A DNA stretch of 32,000 nucleotides from Candidatus Saccharibacteria bacterium oral taxon 488. Its GTDB lineage: Bacteria > Patescibacteriota > Saccharimonadia > Saccharimonadales > Saccharimonadaceae. The position numbers were made by a program, and so were the translations under genes. The DNA is taken from NCBI GenBank assembly GCA_010202845.1, contig CP047921.1, forward strand, positions 60,001 to 92,000, in the 5' to 3' direction. This document shows positions 16,225 to 23,288 of this stretch, in pieces (within the stretch, counting starts at the first letter, position 1; the number at the start of each line of letters is the position of its first letter). A model generated the notes under the pieces. It did not search any database. It saw only the letters and a program-made list of their open reading frames with translations, and was not told the DNA's origin.

Positions 16225-17136
16225 GTGATCTATCTCTTTCACGGCGACAACGAATTTGAGAAACGGGCGGCGCTTGCGGCGCTGGTTGGTGATATGGAGG
16301 TGGTGCGGCGCGACGGTGAAGAACTGACGGCCGCCGAGGTCTGTGAGCTGGTGATGGGGCAGAGTCTATTTGCCGCTGAGCAGGTAGTGGTCATTACTGA
16401 TGCGAGTCAGAATACGGCACTGTGGCGTGATTTACCGGAGCTACTCGGTGATACGGCGACTATGGTTATCCTTCTGGAGACAAAGCTTGATAAGCGCACA
16501 AAAACGTATAAGTGGCTGAAAAGCCATGCCGAGGTAAGGGAATATGCTTGTTTCACTGAACGCCAAAAGCCGCAGCTAAGTGCGTGGTGTGTTGAGCGGG
16601 CCACGGTGCATGGGGCCGTGTTGACGGCGGCACAGGCGACGACACTAATCGATCGGCTGGGGTTTGATCAGCTACGGCTTGATCTGGTGTTGCAGCAGTT
16701 GGCCTTGGCTAGCGAACTGAACGATGAGCTAATTAATGTACTGGTGCCGCTGGCTCCGGCTGAAAGTGCGTTTGAGTTGTTTGCGGCAATGCTGGATGGT
16801 GACCAGGGAAAAGTGCGCGCGATCACCGCCTATCTCGAGGCGGAGAGCGGTGATGATGGGGCGTACCAGACGCTGGGGCTATTGGTTTCACAATTGGTGC
16901 AGCTGAACGCGTTGGTGCTATCTGGTGGTAACACGGGGGCGGTGGCTCGTGATTTTGCGGCCCATCCGTATGCACTGCGAAAGATAGCATCGTATGCAGG
17001 GCGGATAACGCCGGTGCAACTTGCGGTAATTAATTCTGCCTTGGCGCAGGCTGATGAACATATGAAAACGACTCGTGTGTCGCCGTGGCTGTTGGTTGAG
17101 GTGGCGCTGGTTGATATTGCTGGACACATAAAATAG
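16225..17136 (+). CDS. holA: DNA polymerase III delta subunit
   Basis: 303 aa. The N-terminus MIYLFHGDNEFEKRAA, the SLFAAEQVVVI segment, the length and the all-helical C-terminal half are typical of HolA. Family-level similarity is weak, as is usual for delta subunits. Confidence 0.65.
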   Translation: MIYLFHGDNEFEKRAALAALVGDMEVVRRDGEELTAAEVCELVMGQSLFAAEQVVVITDASQNTALWRDLPELLGDTATMVILLETKLDKRTKTYKWLKSHAEVREYACFTERQKPQLSAWCVERATVHGAVLTAAQATTLIDRLGFDQLRLDLVLQQLALASELNDELINVLVPLAPAESAFELFAAMLDGDQGKVRAITAYLEAESGDDGAYQTLGLLVSQLVQLNALVLSGGNTGAVARDFAAHPYALRKIASYAGRITPVQLAVINSALAQADEHMKTTRVSPWLLVEVALVDIAGHIK

Positions 17137-17140
17137 TAAC

Positions 17141-17168
17141 AATACTCCCGCCGGCCGACGGGAGTATT
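17141..17168. terminator. Bidirectional hairpin between the convergent holA and rpsT genes
   Basis: AATACTCCCG (17141-17150), loop CCGGCCGA, CGGGAGTATT (17159-17168): a perfect 10-bp stem. The flanking T-tracts are only modest on both strands. Confidence 0.5.
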
Positions 17169-17188
17169 GTTTATGCAAACGTGAATGG

Positions 17189-17557
17189 TTATTTAGTCTC
17201 TTTGGCAGCTGGCTTTTTTGCAGCGGGTTTTTTGGTAGCGGTTGATTTTGCGGTGGTTTTTGCTGTCGTCTTTGCTGGGACTTTGGCGGCGGGTTTTTTG
17301 GTCGCTTCAAGCTTCACGCCGGCTTTTTTCGCGATAGCTGAGAGGGTACTCTTGCGCCGGGCAGCAGTATTTTTCTTCAGCAGGTTCTTCTTGACAGCGG
17401 TGTCAAGTTCACTGTGAGCAGCGGCTAGCGCCTCAGCACTCGGCTCAGCCATGAATGCCTTGACGGCTGACTTGATGTCGCGCTTGATACCGATATTGCG
17501 CTCGCGGCGTTTTAGGGTTTGTTTGGCCCGTTTGATGGCGGATTTGATGATTGGCAT
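17189..17557 (-). CDS. rpsT: 30S ribosomal protein S20 with a Lys/Ala/Pro-rich C-terminal extension
   Basis: 122 aa. MPIIKSAIKRAKQTLKRRERN and KKNTAARRKS match S20. The last ~42 aa (KKPAAKVPAKTTAKTTAKSTATKKPAAKKPAAKETK) are an add-on to the usual ~87-aa protein. Confidence 0.9.
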   Translation of the reverse strand: MPIIKSAIKRAKQTLKRRERNIGIKRDIKSAVKAFMAEPSAEALAAAHSELDTAVKKNLLKKNTAARRKSTLSAIAKKAGVKLEATKKPAAKVPAKTTAKTTAKSTATKKPAAKKPAAKETK

Positions 17558-17657
17558 AGATTTCCTTTACCTCTATAAATTTGTTTCGCTAATCAAGGAT
17601 GGATTATACAGAAAAACCCAATAAAAGTAAAGAGTGGCTCGCATTGACGATAATCTA

Positions 17658-17686
17658 TTGACTTTCCTGAAATGCTTATGTATAAT
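17658..17686 (+). promoter_or_regulatory. Consensus-like promoter for the DHH-like/truB operon
   Basis: TTGACT (17658-17663), a 17-nt spacer, then TATAAT (17681-17686). This leaves a ~35-nt leader before ATG 17728. Confidence 0.55.
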
Positions 17687-17727
17687 GTGACTCAACGGTA
17701 TAAACAAAAATAAACAGGGACACAACA

Positions 17728-19497
17728 ATGGCGAGCCAGTCACAAAAGCAGCAGATCATTCAGAGCATCAAAGATGTGACTAATATCTTGGTGACGGTGA
17801 GCGCTGATCCATCGGTGGACGAGCTGTCGGCAGCGCTGGGGCTGACAATTTTCCTAAATAAACTGGGCAAGCACGCCACGGCTGTTTTTAGTGGCAAAGT
17901 CCCGCCGGCGATTTCGTTCCTCGAGCCTGACGAGACGTTTGAAGCCACGGCGGACAGCCTGCGTGATTTTATCATCGCGCTTGATAAGGAAAAAGCCGAC
18001 CATCTGCGCTACAAGGTGGTTGATGATGCAGTGAAGATTTTTATCACGCCGTACCGGGCGACAATTACCGAGGCTGATCTAGAGTTTTCGCAGGGCGATT
18101 ATAACATTGAACTGGTGCTTGCGCTTAATGTTGAGAGCCAGGATCATCTCGACAAGGCGCTGACGGCTCATGGCAAGATTTTGCATGATGCGGTGGTGTC
18201 GACGGTGACCGCCGGTATGGTGAGGAGTAGCCTCGGGACGGTTGACTGGCATGACGATAAGGCGTCAGGTGTCAGCGAGATGCTGGTTGACCTGATCGAT
18301 GAGTTACGAACACCGAAAGTAACCATGGATGAGCAGATCGCAACGGCGTTGCTGACAGGTGTTGTGGCGGCGACGGAACGGTTTAGTAATAATTTAACAT
18401 CGTCGCGGGTGATGACGTTGGCGGCAGAGCTGATGGCGGTTGGCGCGAACCAGCAACTGATTGCTACCAAGTTGGCCGAGGGGCAGGCGATTAAAGCCGA
18501 GGAGCACTCAGAGTCAGAGCAATCAAAGCAAGCGGCTGATGCAGCTGATGATAAGACGGATGACGACGATGGCCAGGATGGTGCTAATTTTAAGGTCGAG
18601 CGGGGAAAACGCTCAAAGCCGGCTGAGTCAAAAAGAGATGATGGTGCGTTGTCAATTAGCCACGAGCGGCGGGGTAGCCTTGATGATGTGGCCAAGCAGA
18701 CTCGGGCCGAAGAGCAAGATGCGGCGGCCCGTGTGGCCACGGCGCAGCTTGATCGCCTTCGAGCAGCGTCAGTGACGAGCGGACGGAGTAGTACGCCATC
18801 GACATCGCAACCAATCAGTGCGTCGGTGTCGGCTGAGCCAGAAACGGCCACGCCACTACTAGGTGGAACGCTGAACGCGACGACGGAGCGGGCGGCTGAG
18901 GATAAGCGCCGCGATCTTGACACTGATCAAAACAAGACCATCTTGCATCACGGTACCTATGTCGGTGCGTCGCGGCCGGCCCTCGGCGAATCGCCGTTGA
19001 ATGCCGCCATGGGGAAGTCTGATGAACCGCTGAGCGTTGACCCGTTTGCGACCACCAATAAGGACGAAGCGGTCATTGCCGCACTAAAAGAGGAGACGCA
19101 GGCGCTGGCTGACAAGCAGACTCAATCTACCGCGCCGCCATCGCTGCCAAATTCTGAGCGCGATGCCCGCGCGGCAATTACCGAGGCGCTGGCTGCTGCA
19201 CCACCGCTTGAACCCGCAGCCTCGCCCGCTCCGGTGGTTTCATCTTCGCCGCTACCGACAGTGACATCTGCTCCGGTTACGCTCGCTGATATTGAGTCTA
19301 ATGTGATGCATGGCCTGCCACCGCTGCCTGATTTCTCTGACTTTTCAGGATCAGGCTTGCCACCGCTGCCACCAGCTCCGATCGGTACTGCAGACGGGGG
19401 ACTGCCAGCGTTGAACACACCGCCTTCAGCACCGTCCGCCCCTGTACAGCCGCGCACCTTTAATCCGTCCCAGTTCCAGATCCCGGGGCAAAAATAG
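17728..19497 (+). CDS. DHH/NrnA-like domain protein with degenerate catalytic motifs and a long disordered Pro/Ala/Ser-rich C-terminal region
   Basis: 589 aa. The first ~250 aa resemble the NrnA DHH domain (ILVTVSADPSVDELSAALGL, GVSEMLVDLI, LLTGVVAATERF). The gene sits upstream of truB, where DHH phosphoesterases often lie. There is no DHH tripeptide, no GGGH motif and no DHHA1 domain. Residues ~250-589 are low-complexity. Confidence 0.55.
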   Translation: MASQSQKQQIIQSIKDVTNILVTVSADPSVDELSAALGLTIFLNKLGKHATAVFSGKVPPAISFLEPDETFEATADSLRDFIIALDKEKADHLRYKVVDDAVKIFITPYRATITEADLEFSQGDYNIELVLALNVESQDHLDKALTAHGKILHDAVVSTVTAGMVRSSLGTVDWHDDKASGVSEMLVDLIDELRTPKVTMDEQIATALLTGVVAATERFSNNLTSSRVMTLAAELMAVGANQQLIATKLAEGQAIKAEEHSESEQSKQAADAADDKTDDDDGQDGANFKVERGKRSKPAESKRDDGALSISHERRGSLDDVAKQTRAEEQDAAARVATAQLDRLRAASVTSGRSSTPSTSQPISASVSAEPETATPLLGGTLNATTERAAEDKRRDLDTDQNKTILHHGTYVGASRPALGESPLNAAMGKSDEPLSVDPFATTNKDEAVIAALKEETQALADKQTQSTAPPSLPNSERDARAAITEALAAAPPLEPAASPAPVVSSSPLPTVTSAPVTLADIESNVMHGLPPLPDFSDFSGSGLPPLPPAPIGTADGGLPALNTPPSAPSAPVQPRTFNPSQFQIPGQK

Positions 19498-19500
19498 CCC

Positions 19501-20157
19501 ATGGACGAGGTGCTGCTCATTGATAAGCCGGCTGGTATAACGAGTTTCGGGGTAGTAGCGCGGTTGCGGCGAGTGCTCAGCCAGGCGGCGGGCAAGAAAG
19601 TGAAAGTTGGCCATACTGGTACGCTTGATCCGTTCGCTACGGGACTGATGATTATCGTGACGGGCAAGAAGTGCCGTGAGGCTGATACCTTTACGAAGCT
19701 TGATAAGTGGTATGAAGCAGAAATCATGCTTGGCGAGACGTCGACGACCGGTGATCCTGAGGGTGAACTGACTCGCGTGTCGGAGCGGCAGCCGCCTCGC
19801 AGTGAGGTTGAAGCGGTACTCGGTACGTTTGAGGGTGAAATTAAACAGCGCCCACCGATATTTAGCGCCATCAAGATCAATGGCCGTCGGGCCTATCAGC
19901 TGGCACGTCAGGGTCAGCCGGTCGATATGCCAGAGCGCACCGTGTCGATCTACGCCCTGGAGCTTGTCGCGTATGAGTATCCTCGTCTGGTGATTCGAGC
20001 GCATGTTTCGAGCGGTACGTATATTCGGAGCTTAGCGGTTGATATTGGTCAGAAGCTGGAAACAGGGGCCTACTGCCGCCAGCTGCGCCGCCAGGCTATC
20101 GCTGAATATGACGTCGCTCAGGCAAAACCATTAGCGGATTTTGGGATTTTGTCTTGA
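19501..20157 (+). CDS. truB: tRNA pseudouridine(55) synthase
   Basis: 218 aa. LLIDKPAGITSF, the catalytic KVGHTGTLDPFATGLMII, and PPIFSAIKINGRRAYQLAR. Confidence 0.9.
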   Translation: MDEVLLIDKPAGITSFGVVARLRRVLSQAAGKKVKVGHTGTLDPFATGLMIIVTGKKCREADTFTKLDKWYEAEIMLGETSTTGDPEGELTRVSERQPPRSEVEAVLGTFEGEIKQRPPIFSAIKINGRRAYQLARQGQPVDMPERTVSIYALELVAYEYPRLVIRAHVSSGTYIRSLAVDIGQKLETGAYCRQLRRQAIAEYDVAQAKPLADFGILS

Positions 20158-20174
20158 AGTGCTATTATCAAATC

Positions 20175-20669
20175 ATGGGTAGGCAGACAGGTTTTACAAT
20201 CGTTGAACTATTAATTGTGATGGTCGTGATCGCGATTTTGGCGACCATCGGTATTGTGGCGTATTCGGGCGTGCGCCAGGACGCTACCGATACCAAGATC
20301 CGTTCCATCGTCAAGATTGCTGGGGATGCGCTGCAGATATATGATACACAGAAGCGAACACTGCCGTCAGGACAGGGGACGTTCAATAACGCTAATGGCG
20401 TTGACTCGCTTGTACCACAGTATATCCAGCCGGGGTATCGCGAGGGTGTCAGCAGCAAGAACGCGTCAAATCCAAACGATATTTTTGTTTGGTATCCGTG
20501 CAAAGATACCTCTGGCAAGATAACAGGTATTGCGGTATTTGCAGCTCTAAATTCCGCCAAGCCGCAGGAGTCGGCCCAGGTTAATGCGGTCAAGGCGACC
20601 TGCAACATTTCGAGTGCAGCCGTGCCGACTACCGGTAAGCCAGCGTATAATTATGTACAGACATTTTAG
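20175..20669 (+). CDS. Type IV pilin / pseudopilin with a class III (prepilin) signal peptide
   Basis: The track ORF starts at TTG 20154. ATG 20175 gives the leader MGRQTG followed by FTIVELLIVMVVIAILATIGIVAYSG, i.e. the G|F cleavage/methylation site with Glu5. The C-terminal domain is variable and has two Cys. Confidence 0.8.
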   Translation: MGRQTGFTIVELLIVMVVIAILATIGIVAYSGVRQDATDTKIRSIVKIAGDALQIYDTQKRTLPSGQGTFNNANGVDSLVPQYIQPGYREGVSSKNASNPNDIFVWYPCKDTSGKITGIAVFAALNSAKPQESAQVNAVKATCNISSAAVPTTGKPAYNYVQTF

Positions 20670-20702
20670 CAGTGTAGTTGATTTGCGTTTTTAGTGTAGC
20701 AT

Positions 20703-20711
20703 TGGTATAAT
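20703..20711 (+). promoter_or_regulatory. Extended -10 box upstream of rpsO
   Basis: TGG-TATAAT (20703-20711), then 9 nt with no Shine-Dalgarno sequence, then ATG 20721. Confidence 0.45.
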
Positions 20712-20720
20712 GACGAAGCT

Positions 20721-20987
20721 ATGATTAGCAAAGACGATAAAGCGAAAGCAATTGCTTTGACTCAGGTCAATAAGGACGACGTCGGTAGCCCGCAGGCACA
20801 GGTGTCGATCTTGACGGCTCGTATCAAAGAGGTCACCAAGCACTTGAAGGCGAATAAACACGACTTCATGGCGCGCCGTGGCTTAATCCAGATGGTTGGC
20901 AAGCGCAAGCGCCTGCTAAAATATCTGGAGCGAACTGATTTTGAGAGTTACAAAGCGGTTGTGGCTGCCCTGGGTCTGCGTAAATAG
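20721..20987 (+). CDS. rpsO: 30S ribosomal protein S15
   Basis: 88 aa. GSPQAQVSILTARIKEVTKHLKANKHDFMARRGLIQMVGKRKRLLKYL is the canonical S15 core. Confidence 0.95.
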   Translation: MISKDDKAKAIALTQVNKDDVGSPQAQVSILTARIKEVTKHLKANKHDFMARRGLIQMVGKRKRLLKYLERTDFESYKAVVAALGLRK

Positions 20988-21012
20988 TCGCGCCGGGTAG
21001 TTGTACGGATAT

Positions 21013-21048
21013 CCACCTTGATATATCACGAGGTGGGTATTTTTATTT
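21013..21048 (+). terminator. Rho-independent terminator after rpsO
   Basis: ATCCACCT (21011-21018) pairs with AGGTGGGT (21031-21038): 8 bp including one G-U. The hairpin is followed by ATTTTTATTT. The T-tract overlaps the sortase stop codon (21047-21049). Confidence 0.65.
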
Positions 21049-21640
21049 AGCGCGGTGTGGCTACAAAAACCGTCCGACCGTCAGCCGCGCCACCAAGGGT
21101 GCATGAATAGAGGGTGAGCTGTGGTTTGTCAGTTCGGTTTTCGATGTGAACGGCATTCGGCTTGACATCAAATAACTGGGAGATGACGTAGGTGTAGCGC
21201 TTGCCGTGGTAGTCAATGATTATTTCATCGCCAATGCGCAGCTTATCAATATTGTAGAATGGCGATTTTTGGATGGTTTGCTGCGGCGTCAGGCCCATGA
21301 TAAATCGATGGGCCGACAAGACGAAGTTGCCGCCGTCGACTGGATTGCCATTCTCTGGCCGACGCCACCAGGCACCCCGCTCCATAATTTCGGCGCCGCC
21401 AGTAGCGTACGGCACGTTAATATCAATTTTAGGAATATAGAGGCGGTCCTCGGTGATGCTGGTTTCCGGCGTAGCGGCGAGGAGCTGGGTGGTTTCATTG
21501 CGTACTGGGTCAATGAGCTGAGCGCGAAAGAATGGACTAAACACTGTGATGAGTGTGTAGCTGCCGCCAGCGATCAGGACAAGAGCCAGACTCATACTGA
21601 GCCATCGGCGGCGGTTTTTGGCGTGGATTATCTGCTTCAC
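21047..21640 (-). CDS. Sortase-family transpeptidase
   Basis: 197 aa, GTG start. N-terminal TM anchor (WLSMSLALVLIAGGSYTLITVF). Catalytic His in NFVLSAHRF, the TLxTC-type Cys motif as QLTLYSCT, and the conserved Arg in DGRTVFVA. Confidence 0.85.
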   Translation of the reverse strand: MKQIIHAKNRRRWLSMSLALVLIAGGSYTLITVFSPFFRAQLIDPVRNETTQLLAATPETSITEDRLYIPKIDINVPYATGGAEIMERGAWWRRPENGNPVDGGNFVLSAHRFIMGLTPQQTIQKSPFYNIDKLRIGDEIIIDYHGKRYTYVISQLFDVKPNAVHIENRTDKPQLTLYSCTLGGAADGRTVFVATPR

Positions 21641-21647
21641 TTGGTAT

Positions 21648-21656
21648 ATTGTAGCA
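21648..21656 (-). promoter_or_regulatory. Extended -10 box for a leaderless sortase transcript
   Basis: The minus strand reads TGC-TACAAT (21656-21648), then 7 nt (ATACCAA), then GTG (21640). Confidence 0.4.
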
Positions 21657-21727
21657 TGAGCGGGTCAGCCTAGTAGTATGGGTCGTTGTTTCATCAGCAT
21701 GTGCCGATCTGTTTGACGGGGCGCTGA

Positions 21728-21756
21728 TTGACTTTTTATAATTTTTATGCTAAATT
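21728..21756 (+). promoter_or_regulatory. Promoter for the 21764-23161 orphan pair (leaderless)
   Basis: TTGACT (21728-21733), a 17-nt spacer ending in TGC, TAAATT (21751-21756), then 7 nt, then ATG 21764. The track ORF start (TTG 21728) is in fact the -35 box. Confidence 0.5.
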
Positions 21757-21763
21757 ACAGAGT

Positions 21764-22360
21764 ATGAACGAACACGCACCGCGGGCTGATAAATTACCAT
21801 CAGATGTGGCTGACCAAGTGATGAAGGTTAGTGAAGTTCTGGCTGCTGTTAGGGAGCGGATTGGTCCGTCCGGTGAATGGTTGAGTGATGACTTAGTGCA
21901 TATCGAGGGGCAGTTGGACCCAGAGTTACGCGCTTATGATCATAACCCAAGATTTACAGATGCGGATGACTTTTGGAAAAACGGTATGGATCCGTCGCAA
22001 GACGGCTCTGATACGTCGAGTAAATTTGTTAATAATTTTTGGCAGTACTTTTTTCCGGATGAAATGTTTAAGGATGACTTGTTGGGGCCAACGGTCCTGA
22101 ATAAACCGCCGCGAAAGCTGCTTAAAGAAACAGGAGGAGAACTCCTCGCATCGGTTCAGCGGCTGTTTGGGATGTTATTTAAGGATACCAATATTGATAG
22201 TCACAAACTTGCTGCCTTGGAGTCAGCAGCTGGTGAGGAGCACCTTACCGATCTTAAGGAGGCAATGTTTATACTCTATGAGCTGGCACTGCGTACGGTT
22301 ACTCAACAAAATGTTATTGAGGCTGAGTGCTCAAGTGCGCATGAGTATTTGTGCAAATAG
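21764..22360 (+). CDS. Hypothetical cytoplasmic protein (orphan)
   Basis: 198 aa counted from ATG 21764. No TM segment and no recognisable motif. It sits 9 bp upstream of the next ORF. Confidence 0.5.
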   Translation: MNEHAPRADKLPSDVADQVMKVSEVLAAVRERIGPSGEWLSDDLVHIEGQLDPELRAYDHNPRFTDADDFWKNGMDPSQDGSDTSSKFVNNFWQYFFPDEMFKDDLLGPTVLNKPPRKLLKETGGELLASVQRLFGMLFKDTNIDSHKLAALESAAGEEHLTDLKEAMFILYELALRTVTQQNVIEAECSSAHEYLCK

Positions 22361-22369
22361 GAGTTCGGT

Positions 22370-23161
22370 ATGGTAAGAAACATAAATGCAGAGCCATCAA
22401 GGATAAGTCGGCGCGGTCTGTTGTTTGGTGCGGCTGGAGCAGTGGCGGCTACGGCTGGTGGGCTGCTTATGAATCGTGGCGATGAAAGTCAACGGAGAGT
22501 ATCGGTAGAGACGAATGCCTCGAAGCTTGACCTTGAAGGGGCGTATGAGATATATGATCAAGCCCGTGACATGTTTCGGCGATGTATTGAGGGTGCGCCT
22601 GTGTTTACGAGCGAAATGCCGCCGATATTACCACCACCCGCATCGGTATCTGTCTCTCGAGGCGGAGGTAAGCGCGGTTTTATGACGGGGAGTGCGCTAC
22701 TGCGTAAGGCCGGTCATTCTGAGCGAGCAGTGATAGGCACGGGAGTCTCTTCGGATTTGGGTGATGATAGTAGGGTGCGCGTAGCCGTCGCGTTTGAATT
22801 GTTGTCAGGTAAGCCCGAAGCTAAGATCGCTGAGCTGATGGCGGTTTGGGGAGTATCGAGGCGAGGGTTACCGACAGAACGTGCCTTTCGGGATATACTG
22901 TATGAAATTGATCCGGAAGAGCTGATGCTATCCTTTGTGCCAGTATCTCAGAGGCAACCGACAGCGCCAACTAGTGAGCAGCCGTATGAGTGGACTGCTA
23001 TGCTGCCGGGAATGGAGAGTTTTAATGTGATACAACAAGTCATTGGTGCGGCTGGCGGTAGCTCACCGGAAGTGTTGTTACCAACGCCAAAGGTTTTGGA
23101 CCGAGTAAGTGAGCAGCTCGCTGCGGTTCGGGATGCGTTTGGTCGGGCCGGCTTCCTATAA
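22370..23161 (+). CDS. Hypothetical protein with a twin-arginine-like N-terminal signal/anchor
   Basis: 263 aa. TAGGAG lies 6 nt upstream of the ATG. The N-terminus is SRISRRGLLFGAAGAVAATAGGLLM (an S-R-R-x-L-L motif followed by a hydrophobic stretch). The remainder is unrecognisable. Confidence 0.55.
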   Translation: MVRNINAEPSRISRRGLLFGAAGAVAATAGGLLMNRGDESQRRVSVETNASKLDLEGAYEIYDQARDMFRRCIEGAPVFTSEMPPILPPPASVSVSRGGGKRGFMTGSALLRKAGHSERAVIGTGVSSDLGDDSRVRVAVAFELLSGKPEAKIAELMAVWGVSRRGLPTERAFRDILYEIDPEELMLSFVPVSQRQPTAPTSEQPYEWTAMLPGMESFNVIQQVIGAAGGSSPEVLLPTPKVLDRVSEQLAAVRDAFGRAGFL

Positions 23162-23175
23162 AGCATGCGGCCCTG

Positions 23176-23184
23176 TGATATAAT
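23176..23184 (+). promoter_or_regulatory. Extended -10 box for pnp, with a ~100-nt leader
   Basis: TGA-TATAAT (23176-23184) within GTGATATAAT, the same decamer found upstream of dnaG and ftsK. AGAGAGGA lies before ATG 23289. Confidence 0.4.
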
Positions 23185-23288
23185 AGAAAGTGCGAATATA
23201 ACCCGCAGACGGTGATGGATGTGTGGTGTGTTGATAATAAACCAGCACGCGTACACCTGTTACTGTCTTTGCGAGAAAGAGAGGATCT

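Noticed and set aside
18168-19880. Long antisense ORFs (251 and 252 aa), and similar ones at 23040-23825, 24539-25195, 8594-9184, 1572-2069, 30204-30773 and 301-486
   Set aside because: All lie fully inside, and antisense to, well-supported genes (DHH-like/truB, pnp, kinase, PP2C gene, ftsK, pyrH). They encode low-complexity Ser/Ala/Arg-rich products typical of shadow frames.
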